From Antedon mediterranea (Eukaryota; Animalia; Echinodermata): a stretch of DNA of 64,000 nt. The notes under the pieces were generated by a model that was not told where the DNA came from, ran no database searches, and saw only the letters and a program-made list of their open reading frames with translations. Positions 1 through 14,636 of the stretch are shown in pieces. Position 1 is the first letter of the stretch. The number at the start of each line of letters is the position of its first letter. The DNA lies in contig NC_092673.1 of NCBI RefSeq assembly GCF_964355755.1, positions 24,673,648 through 24,737,647 on the forward strand, given 5' to 3'. Position numbers and translations under genes: made by a program.

Positions 1-1007
1 CCTGAACTTATATAGATTTGGATTATAGATTCTTCCATACAATTCCATAATAACAGTGTTATGTAAGTGCCATATTATTATTACGGTATAGTTCGCATGA
101 TCACAATCAAACAATTATCGTAAAAAAACTACACAATGTTTATCAATCTATACTGTGGTCTAGATTCGATTCAACTTGTTAGAATATTGTAATATGAGAA
201 TGTACACTAATTTGAACTAATTTAGTATTTATTTCCCTATTCTGCAAAAACACAAATTAATAACTTGCAATTGTGTAAAGAGCTTGAGACCTTACGGAGT
301 AAATAATGTTACTATCTGAAACTAAAAGTTTTAAAATAATTAATTGAAAATGTAATAAATACACCCAAGTAGTAATTTTACAAAAACTTGTAGGATTGTG
401 TTTGGATTTATCATTGAGGTGTTATAGATTGGCTAGAGAGCCAACTTCAATAAAAAAAAAAGGTGATTCATCATGGAATGTGGTTGCTTAAATTAGATAC
501 TTGAAGTCACCCACCCCATTCACGCACCACTATGCCACATTGAAAATTCTTAAATAAATGATATATTAATAATAATAATTATACATTTTCAATGTGATTT
601 TACAAAAAAAATATATTTTGATTTATGTTTTTGTCATTAAGTTTTAGATTTTTACTGTGCTATTAAGTAATTGTTTTTTTCTATACAGTGGACCCTGTTG
701 GCATATACTTCACTGCCATCTCTCTTAACCAATCTATAATACCCTATTCAATGTGTCATGTCAATCTATCCCACAATTCCAAAGCCTTTAGAATGTTTTA
801 TAGTATGAATTATTTAAAAGATCATGAAAATTATTAATGATCCCTAATAAATCGTTGTACATACGTGAAGTTAATAAATTAAATTACAGTTGCAGTTGTT
901 AATCATCCAATTAGAGATTATTTTTTTCTCAAAATAACTAGGTAGTCAATTCACTTGCCAACTTTGATAATATATTTTAACATTTTTAAATACTAAAAGT
1001 TATATAT

Positions 1008-1250
1008 CAACCAAGTTTAGCTTATACTCAACAAAGTTTAGCTTATACTCAACAAAGTTAAGCTTATATTCGACAAAGTTTAGCTTATACCCGACAAAAT
1101 TTAGCTTATACTCGACAAATTTTAGCTTATATTATACTCTACAAAGTTTAATTATACTCAACAAAGTTTAGCTTTAAATATTATACTCTACAAAGTTTAG
1201 CTTATATTATACTCTAGCTTATACTCGATAAAGTTTAGAATATACTCAAA
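1008..1250. repeat. Degenerate 21-bp tandem repeat (CAAAGTTTAGCTTATACTCAA), about 10 copies
   Basis: Repeated units are directly visible, with substitutions and small indels. Confidence 0.9.
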
Positions 1251-2183
1251 CAAGTGTACTAGTACAGTTAAATCAAATGTTAGTATAGTGCAAATGCTGG
1301 TAGTAATAGTATGGAATCCATCAATCATTTTATTTTATAGACAAAAAAAAAACCATTTTGGTCAATCTTTTATGTAATATAAATACATAAATGTCAAAAT
1401 TGAATTACACAAACAATTCTTCCTAGCAATCTTGCCAATTATATTCCTATTTTTAAAATGGCTGCTTCCATGCGCATATTGTAAAAATTGTATTTTTGTT
1501 GGAGTACAGTTACTCCTTTTTAACATCCTCCATTAAAGGAGTTATCCAAAATGATGAATTAAAAATTACCAAAGATGTTATACTAAAAGTAGATAACCGT
1601 TGCACTAATCAAGACATTTTATGCCAAAAGTTTTTAAATGATCTGCTTCTATGCGCCATTATAACATTCTGCATAGGAGTGACAAGATTCCTTTGTTGGT
1701 ACAATTACTCTTTTTGGGAAGCATGGTCTGTGTGTACATACAATTGTCCAATGAGATCTTGTATTAAAACAGAATGTTTAGCATTTGAACCTTGTACTCA
1801 CTTAATTAAAAATGAACAAATTAGATTGAGCATCTTGCTCAAATGTCAATAATTGTTGCGAACCTACGATATTTAGAAGCTTCAGATGTTAAGCAAAGTT
1901 AAAATTGATATAAATCATGATGGAAATGACGTTATTGACTCTATTTTTCAATCTAAATAATGGTTAAAAGAGTCGCTTTATATGAGAGAATTATGTCTTA
2001 ATACTTTCACTCAGTATTTTATTATTATTTGTCAGTGTTGAAAACAAACTTAATAATCTACCCTGGTTGAAAGAGCCTCTGTGTTGAACGGACGTGTTTT
2101 TTATCGTGCTCCGCTAGGATTTTCATTCATTTAAGTTTGAGGCTTCCTATGTTATAATTTAACTCTTATCGATAGATTGATAT

Positions 2184-2490
2184 TCATATCTCTCTGACCT
2201 TCTTCCTCTTCACATACCTTCCCGTCGCCTTCGCTCGTCTTAAAAAAATCTCCTTTCCATTCCGACTTTTAACACTAAAACGTATGGCTTAAGCACCTTC
2301 ACTTCTGCTGCCTCTCGCTTATGGAATAACCTACCCACCTCTATTAGATCATGTTCGTCTACTCTCGCCTTTAAATCTGCCTTGAAAACTCATCTTTTTC
2401 TTTCAGATTTTGCTCTCTCATACACCGCGCCTTTGATCACTTACTGCTGGAATTGGCGCGTTACAAATCCGTACTATTATTATTATTATT
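2184..2490 (+). mobile_element. 5'-truncated L2/CR1-group LINE 3' end
   Basis: Translates as SYLSDLLPLHIPSRRLRSS*KNLLSIPTFNTKTYGLSTFTSAASRLWNNLPTSIRSCSSTLAFKSALKTHLF, matching the L2 ORF2 C-terminal pattern LWNxLP..FKxxLKTHLF. It is followed by a CGCGCC..GGCGCG stem and a (TAT)n tail. Confidence 0.85.
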
Positions 2491-4761
2491 AGACAGGCTT
2501 TATAGGGCTGTCCTCTTGTTTCTTGTAATGTTTTTTCTTAATTTGTTGCAACTTTTTGCATAGGCCCTACATTTAGCATGCTAAATATGCACAGCTGAGA
2601 TAAGAAGCTAACTTCTCTACTTATTGTAGTTTGTTTTCACTTTTCATGGAGTTATTAAGCATTCCGTTATTTGGACAATTGACATATCGACTAACGTAAA
2701 TGCGCAATCATACATGTTATCAAATCCTCTCACAATTTCACACCATCGTATCAGGTTAGCTGTACCGCAGTCTGGTGTTGTTTTCAGAGATCAAGGCATA
2801 AGTTAATTATTAGTTTAGTTAATGTTCCCAAGACAAATCTGTATGTAAATTTCTATGAGGCATTTCGTGTTTGTACAGTTTGAGAAAAATAAGCAATTAA
2901 ATAAATCCTTTAGCTAAAAACAGTTCAAGTTAAGATCTGGCACAAATTTAGTCATGCATCAGTATAGTTATTTACGTTTTTGTCAATAATAGGAAGCATA
3001 CGTAAGATGTTACGCAAGTTTATTATACATAAAAAATGCTGAAATAGAGGGCTTTGACATATCCATGCTTCGACCGAGCAAACACTGAAGAATCTACAAA
3101 TATACATATAATAATGATAGACTATAGTCACATGCACTATGGATATGATTTGGACTAAATATGCCGAGTACCATTACTTTGGTAAATTAATTGTTGAAAC
3201 CAAAGTATAATCCAACTTCCTAATATTTTGTACCCTGGCCCGACTATAATTTTTGTGGTAAATGAAAGAACTTGTAGTGTTCTTCCAATAGACTGTATCA
3301 TGTAAAAACGCATATTTAATTAATTATACAGGAATATAAATTAAACAAGTTGTTACAGTGCAGTAAAGATGTTTAGTAAATCAGTTAGATAGTTGAAAAT
3401 CTTTCTACATTTTTATTGATTTTGAATGTTCCAAGCTAAGAATAATACTAATATACTGTAGCATAACAGGTTTACTAATATGTAGAGTAAAATTATTTTT
3501 GACCAATCAATAATTTCAATAACTGCATCTGTGATACTTCCAACTGTTTTGCACAATATCAACATTACTGTTTGTTGCATCTGTATGCATTTGTCTCTCC
3601 ACTGACCTAAACCTGTCGTTGTTTGAAACCAATTGACTTTACCAATTCACAATTTAGTCTACTCCACCCAAGGCAATTGTTAGCTCCAGAAGGCATTTAC
3701 GAACTACAGATTATTATGGTCATTGTATTCTGTAGCCTTGTCTAGTCTTAACTTTCTTTATGCACATACAGTTGGCATTCAGATTCACCTTAAAAAATGG
3801 ATTTTAGAGTTTTTTTACTATTTAATAATACTGATATGCTTGAGCAATTTATAGCATTTGTGTGAACTTGCTATTAAGTAATTCTACAGTTGTTTAGTTA
3901 GAAGTTTAACAAGTTTCAACTGGAAATATTTAGTTTTGAGCTTTGTGTCATCCGTTTTTTTTATGTTTAAAATAGGATATATTTATTCGAAAAGTAAGGA
4001 ACTACCAGCAAAGGTTGTATCAAGAAAAAGTGTTAATTATGAACGTTGTTTTGTCATATTAAAATTTACTGGTGTTTCTTGGCTGAAATTATACCAAGAT
4101 TTTTCATCTGCTGTTTACTGAAGCAGTTATCAAGAACGGACTATAACTATGGATACATTTGGATCTTGTCACTTTTGCAATTATATCTATGACAAAATGT
4201 TACAAATCTGGACGAATGGGTTTATTAATCAATCCAACCAATCAGAGAGGCTGTAAGTTATTTTTGGAATTATAAAGTCATTCAATATCAGTTATTAACC
4301 ATTTTGTTATTAGGCGATTCTTTTTTTTCACAAAATAGAAAAAAAAATCTTTATGTACTTTCCAATAACACCTATTTACCATCACTTCCACTGCTCTAGT
4401 TTAAAAACCACTTTAGTGAAAAAACTCCTCAGCGCTATTCACAAAAAAGGCAAGTTTTCATTTGTTAGTGAAAGCAAAATTGTTTACAAATGTACTGTAT
4501 GCATAAAATACCTAATCTTAATATTGACGTCAAACTGACCTTATATGTCCTTTTCACATTTTGAACATAATGCATTTGATTAAAGTTTGATTATGTTGTG
4601 TAACTTGATTTCATTTAATCAATTTGGATTTCTGTATCACTAGTATAAGCATGAAATAGTTCCTGCATGTTATGGGCAATATATTTTACAAAAAATAGCA
4701 TTTAATAATATGTATAACAATTGTATGTACAGTAGTATATTGTTCTAGGCTTTCTCATACA

Positions 4762-4922
4762 TTTGGCTCTCTCCACCCAGGTGTACAAATGCGCTGATCA
4801 CTGGCTTCAACATAATATGTTTCCAGACGTGTTTGATCCAAAATATGACCGGAGTTATAATGTGAAGCGCTTAGAGGCTTTGTGCATTAAGTGCTATATA
4901 AGAACGATGTATTAATATTATA
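4762..4922 (+). mobile_element. SINE 3' fragment with L2-type tail
   Basis: CTCTCCACCCAGGTGTA core, then GTGAAGCGCTTAGAG..TAAGTGCTATATAAGA and a TATTA-type tail, a layout typical of L2-mobilised SINEs. Confidence 0.6.
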
Positions 4923-7900
4923 AATGCCATTAAGCCTGTAGCAAGGAATTTTAAAAGGGGGTTCTTTTTTTTCTATAAAGGATACAAATTGTCATGAGCT
5001 AGGCTTGAAAAGGGCACTTTAGGTGGAAAAATGGTGTTAAATATTAATCATTCTTGTGGAAAAATGTCTGTTGAATAGGGGTTGAACATATTTTAAAAAC
5101 TGTCCATCATTCATTTCAAGCGAAAGTGTCCTCTTAATAAATGTATCCCTGGATGTCCCAAAAGAAGAGGTTCTACTAGATATAAAGCAAACATCTAATT
5201 TATGATTATTTTTTTTAATTAAAAACTCTTTAATGTTTAGTTGATATTTCCAACAGTAAATCTAATATAACACTTTGGTAGTAGAAATCGTAAGCCTATA
5301 TTAAAGTTGTTGTGCCCATATAATATCCAGTTTGTAATTATAATTAAACGTTGCCATGCAATTCCTTAAGTGTAATTAAATTCTTATACTCGCTCAGATG
5401 CACAAAAGCATTTATATATTTCAGTTGCTGTTACCGGTAATTATTATTATGAATCGCCATTTTTGTCATAATAACCAGAAAAATGTTGAAAGATGTATTG
5501 ATTTCAGTTTTAAGGAAATTATCTTAGATTTAAGAATTGGAAAACATTTCAAAAGCATGTCTAGATTCAAATGGAAATTCATCTAATAAGTAATAAAAAA
5601 CCTACTTAATGTATTTTAAAGACAACATTTATTTCCCTTATGAATAGAATAGTGTAAAACAAATTTATTTTAATGAAATATTTATTTCAAAAAAATACAG
5701 TTAACTTTTCCAAAAACATGCTTCCTCAACAGTTTCCGTAAACTGTAAAATGAATTCTGAATGCCAGGCCTTTTAGAAAACCATTTGTGCCAGCCCAGAC
5801 TGACTGAGTTAAGGAGATTGATTGTACCTGAATATATAACTAGATGGTATACATTTGGGCTAGTTGACCCAACCAATCACCTTTCAGCAACTAAAAGCTT
5901 GGCATTCCTACTGGCTGTTTTACTTTATCATTTTAATTTAGCTTTTTGATTTTTTCACGCTGCTGCTCTAGCCCGCTACGTCACACGAGATGACTCATTC
6001 ATTAGATGAAATCAAGCAGCTTTATAGTACTACACTTTGACATTTTTGTTAAAATGGAAACTCCACTATAATTTATTGGTACCACCTGTTGAATCCAAAA
6101 ACGGCTGAGAAAAGAGTCTAACGACAAATCCCAAAGCATTCTGGTATTTATGAGTCCCATGATATAATTCGCTGTCAGATAATCATTGAATTATTATCAA
6201 AACAGTCCATTGAAGTTTTTGTTTGTAATAGGATACTTGAAGTATCTAGGCGTGATGAAGTGACCCCCAGACTTGACCTTAGCAATAACAATAAGCGAGC
6301 AGCGTTTTTTGTAAGAAATATTCTTGTCTACATTGAGATCTAGCCATTGATACCCACATCATTTTCAATTTTTCAGTAGTTTAGTCTTTGGATTAATATA
6401 AACAAAAAACCCTGATAAACCTTAGTTTGGAGTCTGGATTCATCTTCATTATATGTGCGGCTGAGAAACGGATATAATTTATTTGCACGCTATAACAAAT
6501 TTCTTTTTTCTGTCCAACTGAAGCAGGCCCAATAGAGCATGCATCTGTAGCGATTCACAGGTCTGAGAAAGTAATTATTCTATAGTACCTGGAAATTGTC
6601 AACTTCCTAAATAAATAATTACGATAAAAAAAGTGTATTGTAAAAACGGCAGAAACCTATATGTCTATCTACATTTTTAGCAATAGTTTGTATATGTACA
6701 CTATAACACCTCCCTATTCATGGGGCACTCATTCATATCACACACCATGTTCGGGGGCAGCTATTACTAAGAAAAGAGTCTGGCCTAGCCAGACACACCT
6801 GATTTGTCCCAAAGGTGTCCACTTAATAGAGGTTCTACAGTATTTCTAAGCCTGAATTGAACAATCTTAAAAAAACAATTTATTTCATTCCGATGTATTT
6901 ATCCGGATATATATTGACAAATCTAAAATGACCGATATATTTGTATCTTAAAATGGATGATAAGCTTATAACAAATGTTATGAATGAGAAAATCTCCTTC
7001 CTCGGGCATTGCAAGGAGACTGGTTTATTGCCGAACCAAACCATTACCATGATCAAATTTGAGTAATCTATTTGCCTTAGGTTTATTACTTGCATCTCTC
7101 GTTGTTGATGATGTGTAGAAAGATGTGCAAAATGGTATAAATTGTTGTAATATTTAAAGCGAATTCCAATCTCCAATATATACATAGTTTTACACAATTT
7201 TAGAACCAACACTTTGCCATTAAGGATATATTTTGTTGTTGAATATGCCATTTTAATGTCACATAATAGTTATTCACTTTGACCAAAAAACTGGATAAAA
7301 AAAATTCTCCTGAAAAAAATGTAATTTAAAGCAAAATATACCGAAATTGACTAAACTTATCTGTTTATTTTGTCTTTTTATAAGTGAATATTTTTTTTTT
7401 TTCTACAGAAGTGAATAACTTTTAAGTGCAAAATTTATCAAAAGTTTGATTTTATTAATCTTCATTTTTCATGTTTTTGAGGGGCGATACATCTTTAATT
7501 AATTTGGTTAACTGCTTAAAACTATTTAGAGGAGGATGTATTATTAAAGGTTTGCCACTAATTGTTGTTCAATAACATGTTTTGGTTAACTGCTATTTAC
7601 AGGATGCACAGTATTCATTAATAAAAATATTTGTTGTTGTTCGGCCAATTAAATATGATCCTAATGGCAAGCTGAACGTACGTTATATTTTTATTCTTCA
7701 TGTCCATACCCTGTAGCCGATTACGGAATGTTGCATGTTCAATTTGATGGTGTTTGCCATTGACATTCACATTATATAAATTAATTATTAATATAGTAAA
7801 TTCTCTAACTAATTTATGTTTCAATTTATCAGCATTATCAGACTAAAAAATTAATTATTAATGGAATAATTCTTTAATATAATTTATGTTTAAAGACTAA

Positions 7901-10900
7901 TAACATTTTTTTCAATAATGATTAAATTTAATGATATTTAATAATAATTATACATTCACAGATAAATAATTTTAGCATAAACCACTAATTAAACAACCAG
8001 CTTTACTACTTCAACACAAACGGTTAAAAATAATAATACTGGACTATTTTTAGGCCTTTTAAAGCATTATATTTCTGTCGTAGATTAACCACCAACTGCA
8101 CATATATATATATAACTTTAAAATTCAAGTGCAACTAAAGTAATGGTAAACATATGTGAAACATGAATGCGACATTACTAACTGAATAAATCAAGATTAC
8201 ATTAAAGATCTAAGAACATTAAATGTTTCGACTTTATGGGTCAAAGGTTAATGTCAATACGAGGTAAATTTTAACGTCAGCGCTACAATGTGTAAATAGG
8301 CTAGCTATGAAAAGAATATATTGATTAGTTAATAAACACTGCATAATTTTCTTCACAATTGCAAGCCGGTGTTTAACAAATTTTATTTGTTAATATTTTC
8401 TAAATAGGTGTGATTTGATGTTAAGACTTAAGAGCACATTTTAGTCTCTGAAAAAAAATATGATCTAGTCATAATATAATAGCTTAAATATCAATTTCTT
8501 TTCAAGGCTAAGATCTAATTAAAGAATTTGATGGGCATCATTAAATATAGAGGTATTCAAAGAAAACATTATTACAAATACTATAGAAATATTTTATTAA
8601 ATACATCATTGCAACGGTTTGGTTTATGAATTTAGATTGGTTGATTTACATTAAGATAGATGAGAAATAGTTTTAGGAGGAACACCCCTGTTGAGATAAT
8701 GGTTTGCTCTGTGTAATTGAGTGGTTCGATTACGATTGTTGCATTGTGGGAAGCTATATTCTGTATGGTTTATTGATCACAAGCAAAATGCATTTACACA
8801 GAGTCTTCTTGCAATATCCAGGCTGGAATTAATAATTCCTTGATAGTAAATGTTCTCGCTCGACCACTGCGAGGTCCTGGAATGCTTTCTCAGCTTTGTT
8901 TGCTAAATGAGCAACAAAGGGGGCCTAAGCAGCCAGCTCAAGTTGTGCCAGAATTTACAAGCCAACCTGGTGGATTTTACGTCATCAAATATAAAAATGC
9001 TTCATTAGCAAGGAGATACAACTTCATCCAATGATCTTTATTTCCGTGGATATATTACTATACCCTTGCAGGTGAACATAACTAAAACTGCTAGATTTTC
9101 TGAGCAATAAAAGTAATCGCAAGGTTTAATTTTGATTTCTTGCAATTTGTTATTTATATTTATTATAACTTAATTTGCTATGCAACAGCCAGTTGAATCA
9201 ATAATAAGTATGGATGAATTTGGTAACTATTATTACAAAGCCAAGGACTATGTTTCCACAGCAAAAGAGTCTGCCAAAGACTACATCAGCAGTGCCAAAG
9301 AATACTTTTACAGTAACTTCCAAACAGACTCTATGTAAGTTAAATAAATGCATGCATTATGTAGTCAGAGAAAATTGTAGTTTATGTTGTCCCTCCTCTA
9401 AAACCATGTTGGTATTAATGTCTGTATATGTATGTTAAAATCAGCAATGTCCAGTCATGATTCAGAAGATTCTGAAGATGTATAAAGATATTCTTTTGAA
9501 CCAATAACCACTTTTCAGACTAGAAGTTAGCTTGGAACATGGATAATTAAGTTTGTTTCAGGGATATTCCCCCATCCTCAAACTCTCCACATGATTTTTT
9601 TCTTCCCCACCCCCTAACATTGTACACGCATTCATGTGGTTCAGTTTTGTGTTCATATATAATATATAAATATATGTGGAACGTCAAAAACCTTTAGACA
9701 AATATTAAGAATAAATGTTTGGCAAAATTATTCTTATTCAAATCATAGTATGTTGATGTATGATTTTGCGCTCCAGTAAATCCACTCCTGTGTTCAAATC
9801 TATCTTCATTTTATCCACTATCTTCATTTGACTTGGTTTTTTTTTATACTTGTTATGTTATTTGACTTTTATTTGCATTTGTATCTCATTGTAATATAAT
9901 CTACTAACTGCAAAGTATACATTATCAAGTCCATAAAATAAATAGCATCAGGTTATGCATTATGGCTGACATTTCTTCAGCCATCTTCTTCCTTCCATTA
10001 AGTGACTATATATGTCATTCTTATTTGTAACATTTTTATACGATAAACCCCCCAGCAATAATAATCTTTTTGAGTTTTTAACGATTATATTTATTTACTT
10101 ATTAAATATTTTTATGAAATATTGTTATATAATGCTGTATATACTCTGTGTCTTAACATTTTGAATAATAAGTTAATGAAAAATATTTTATATTTTTATA
10201 ATCATTATATACACTAGTATATATAGTACCATTATTTTGGTGTTTTTTTTTTATCATCGCACATTCAATTCTTATTAGAATATGTCTAAATTCTTATTGG
10301 TAATTTAGGACAGATATTTACAATTGTATTTAATATTAAATGATTTTTCATTCATATATCTTGCCATGTATACATATTCAGATGCATTCATGAATATTCA
10401 TGAACATTTTGCATATTAGGTTGTTATTCACCTGTTTCATTCAATCTACACATTCTAAATATTGATAAAGAATTTACATTATATATTCAAATTTATTAAT
10501 TTATTTATAATTTAGTTGAAATAGTATTTTCAGTAAGATCTTTCATTCATTTCTTCTATTGCGATAACATTCTTAATATTGATAAGGGATTTGAATTTTT
10601 ATATAATGTATTCAGATATTAATGAATATTTTTCGTATTTATTTGATCATTCATTCATTTCCGTCATTAAGACATCTGCAACACATCTTGAATATTAATA
10701 AGGTATTTACATCTAATATTTTGCATATCATTTGTCTCTTATCAGATGTAATTTCTGAATATTAATAAGGGATTTGTAGCATTATGTATTCATTATGTTA
10801 AGTGCAAGATACAGCATACAATAAACCAGATCTCCCACCATAGTCTAGCAATAATATCCATATCTAATTTCTTTCATTTCTTTGATGTGAAGATGAATTA

Positions 10901-13108
10901 GGAAGCTATTTTTAAATTAATAATAATAATATGAATACTGAACTACAGTATTGACGTTTTATCTTTAGTCTTTTGAGTTGGTTTTACATCAAGTCAAATT
11001 TGTTTGTAGTTGTGTTCTATATAGAATATCCACTTTCATTTACAATAATTCTTATTAAAAGAAGAAAATATTTCATTGAATATTTTTCACTGAATACTAA
11101 ATATCATAATGTATGTTAATTTTACATTCAATGAAAGACACACATGGTCTATTGATAGGGCAGCATTACTCAAGCAGAATTTGAGATTTCTTCCGGGTCC
11201 TAATTTTTTCATCATCCCATTTGTATTGTAACAGTAGCATTATGCCGGGGACATTTTCCCTTGGTTTAGCACTCCAAAGGGGCCCTCCATTTCTGGGCAA
11301 TTGCACCGAGGCTGCTAATGCTCAGGGTCCCCCATAAGCTCAGGGGCCATGGGTTTGGCCAGCGAGCGCTCAAAGCTGTTACAACACTTTAAATACATAA
11401 CCTTTTTTTTTAAATTTCTATACATAATAATACTTTGTACTACTACTATTAATAAACCAATTTCAAGCTTAAAAAGATATTTAGAAATGTATCATCCGCT
11501 TTGTATGAACAATATGCTTTATACATTTTCTATATTGTTAACTTTCTTTAGCTCTATTTGGAGTTCAATAATGAATTATGAATTTATTATTATTATGTAT
11601 TTATTAAGTAAGTATTATTATACTCTTCGGGTCTGTTTAAAGTTTTGTAACCGTATGTAACATTAACGGACACAATAGAATAAAGAAAATGAAATAATAT
11701 CGACAATAAGCCATATAGATGTAGGTTACAAACATAAAACTCCATATGTTACTTTGGACTAACTTTTTGTTCTATTGACTCATTACAATAATATCGTGCA
11801 ATTTTTATTTTAATATCTTTTGTCTGAAGAAAGCATAATACTATTAAGTTTCTCATATAAAACCACTTTATTTTATCCATATGTTACATTTATGAAATTG
11901 CTGGTATAAAATAACTACCAAAGCAAGCAATACATATAATAATCATTTTCTTATATTACTTTTCTTACTCTAATACAATTCGAAACTTGAGCTGCACCGA
12001 CGAGATCTAATAAGATTGAAACAGTACTGTCTGCAGCTTGGATGTATTTAACATTCATATAGATGAACTATTGAATCAAACAACATTGAAGGAACAAATA
12101 AAAGTAGTCTATGATCCCATTTTACTGCCATATGAAGAAGTACTAATAGCCAAACACACTTTGGCCAAGGCTCTCCACTGCCATAGTTCTGGTGGTAGAA
12201 CAAGTATTTTCAATAAAGGCATACAACTTCAGTTACAGATCCTGTTCACATCAAGCACTGTAAAACACCCAGTGCATCTTTCGGTTTACAGATCCATGTC
12301 AGTCCCTATCGTGGGTAGACAAGGTTTTCCTATAAAGATATAGAATGAATTTATTCTCCATCTACTGGTAAAATGTTTCAGTATTCTGTTATCAACCTGG
12401 ATTAGAATATAAGACAACTGTCCAAATATCTATATACAAATTCAATTAAAATTACTGTACTGTGCAATTTCTATCTCTGATCTGCAAAGACACCTTGAAA
12501 CCATACATTAGGTGATAAATAATATTGAAGGAAATTAAATAAGAAATTGAGCCATAGTAAGAAACTTAATCTGAATATTTTAATTGAACTAAAAACTGCC
12601 TTTTCATTCATAATACCAATGTTATTTCCTATTTGATTTTGAGCCTAGTTGATCACATGAATTGGTATTTCAGTGATGTAGTCACAAGAAATAGTTTTGC
12701 GGTTTTCGCAAGAAAAGGGAACAATCTCTGTTGTCAAAGGCTTCTGTGAAAAAGTGGTCAGGTTGAAACCTTACCAACCGTACTGGTGGCTATCACCCCT
12801 GTATTTATCATCTATTTATCAATATTGTATGAAATCAATATTGATAGTTTAACTCCAATTATGAGAATTAATGATTTACCTGATTAATTATGCCAGTGTG
12901 GTATTTTACTAATTGATTATCAATTGGAGAAATTGCTAAACGTCAGAAAGTCATGGAACTGAAGACTAGATCCAATTAAACATCCATTATACAAAACTAA
13001 TCTATATCTTATTAGAAAGAATGGTATTAAAGCTATTAGTTTTATGTTTCAAAACCGTAGATTAAATTGACATTTGTAATATGTGTAAAAATACCTGGAT
13101 TTAGAGGA

Positions 13109-13544
13109 GTGTATTATGAAGTATAAACAAACCGATACTGATGGCAGTGATACACTTAATTGTGAATTAATTATCAAATTTTGCAAGTATTTCCTGTCAA
13201 AATGTAAAACAGTTTATGGTGGTAGTTAGTAGAACTTGTCCAGTATACACATTTCACTCATGTGGACTTTAATTTAGTATGAGTAGGGGTTTTCCCATGT
13301 GTAATATAAAAGTATAAACAAACCGATACTGTGATGCCAATCCATAGTGATACACTTAATTGCTAAGAGTTGTTCTGAAACTAATGCATCAGTTGTTTAG
13401 ATAAATGTATATTATCAACTTTTCCAAGTCTTTCCTATGTCAAAATGTAAAACGTTTTAATGGTTTTAATGATAGTAGAACTTCAGTATACACAGTTCAC
13501 TTTAGTTTAGTATCTGCACCATTATATGTGTTTACCCATGTGTA
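13109..13544. repeat. Diverged tandem duplication of about 200 bp
   Basis: AAGTATAAACAAACCGATACTG, AGTGATACACTTAATTG, GTCAAAATGTAAAAC, TAGTAGAACTT and CCCATGTGTA occur twice in the same order (about 13109-13303 and 13310-13544). Confidence 0.85.
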
Positions 13545-14253
13545 CCATTCACTTGGATTGATGAGAGAACACCCATAGTATAGTTAAATGGATATAACAT
13601 GACCCTAAGTGCAACATGTATTTTGAACATGCAACACCATTGTTTCAATACCATATATCATTATTATTGCAGTACCCCCATTAAGGGTTAAGGGTATTCC
13701 AATTCATAGCATCGAATTGACATCTTCAAAATACTGTAAAGAAATGATCTTTAGTGTAGGCTTATACGCTCCCCATTTATTTCTCTATTATTGCAATTGT
13801 TTTATCATTCTCTAATGTTGCCATATTTAATTAAAGTCAAATCGATTACATTTCACTTTTATTATTTCTCAATTCTAAGGTCGTACGGCCTTGCAATGTT
13901 TGTGACATTAAGTAAATGATTTATCTTTCCATTACTGCCCTTTATTTCTGCAAACTAATTGCTTGCGAAATGGGCTAAAATTGGTATGTACATTAAATTG
14001 GAATGTTGCCACATACATACTGTATCTACATATCTGTAGATCAGATTCAGTGTGTTTAGGCTAGTTTTACAGAAATTTCTTATACAGAGGGAAAAGGTGC
14101 AAAAATGCATGAATTTACATATTTCTTATATGAACATTTTGTATTCAAACTATGATTTATTCCACAATAAATCTTATGAGAGAAAACTATGAAAAATGTA
14201 TGACTATAGAATTTAGTTTGATTTATGAGACACAGATAAATTATATTCAATTA

Positions 14254-14636
14254 TTAATATTAGATCAGGATCACGTAAGAAAGCACGATTCTCATTTGCA
14301 TATTGAGAGTTAGCTATTTGCATATTATGTACTCATTTGCATATTTATTTTGCTAATTATCAATCATGACCATGCAAATTTGTATACATTGAAATGGATT
14401 GGTTGAAATTTTATTTATGATACACGAATACATTATTTTCAGTTAATATTAGATCAGGATCACATAAGTTAATTTAAGCCTGATTCTCATTTGCATATTG
14501 AGAGTTAGCTATTTACATATTCTGTACTCATTTCCATATTCATTTGTCTTTATTAATCATTGACCATTAGCCATCTAGTTCATATATTATGGATCCAAAT
14601 TTGTATACATTGAAATGGATTGGTTAAAATTTTATT
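14254..14636. repeat. Tandem duplication of about 190 bp rich in octamer (ATTTGCAT) motifs
   Basis: TTAATATTAGATCAGGATCAC..GATTCTCATTTGCATATTGAGAGTTAGCTATTT..CAAATTTGTATACATTGAAATGGATTGGTT occurs twice. Confidence 0.85.

Noticed and set aside
1496-1852. 118-aa ORF
   Set aside because: TTG start, no recognisable domain or splice support, and it overlaps a decayed duplication.
6870-7498. Possible Kolobok-like element ending GGGGCGATACATCTTTAA, overlapping a 123-aa ORF
   Set aside because: Only one plausible terminus is seen, with no matching left TIR, and the ORF has no transposase motifs.
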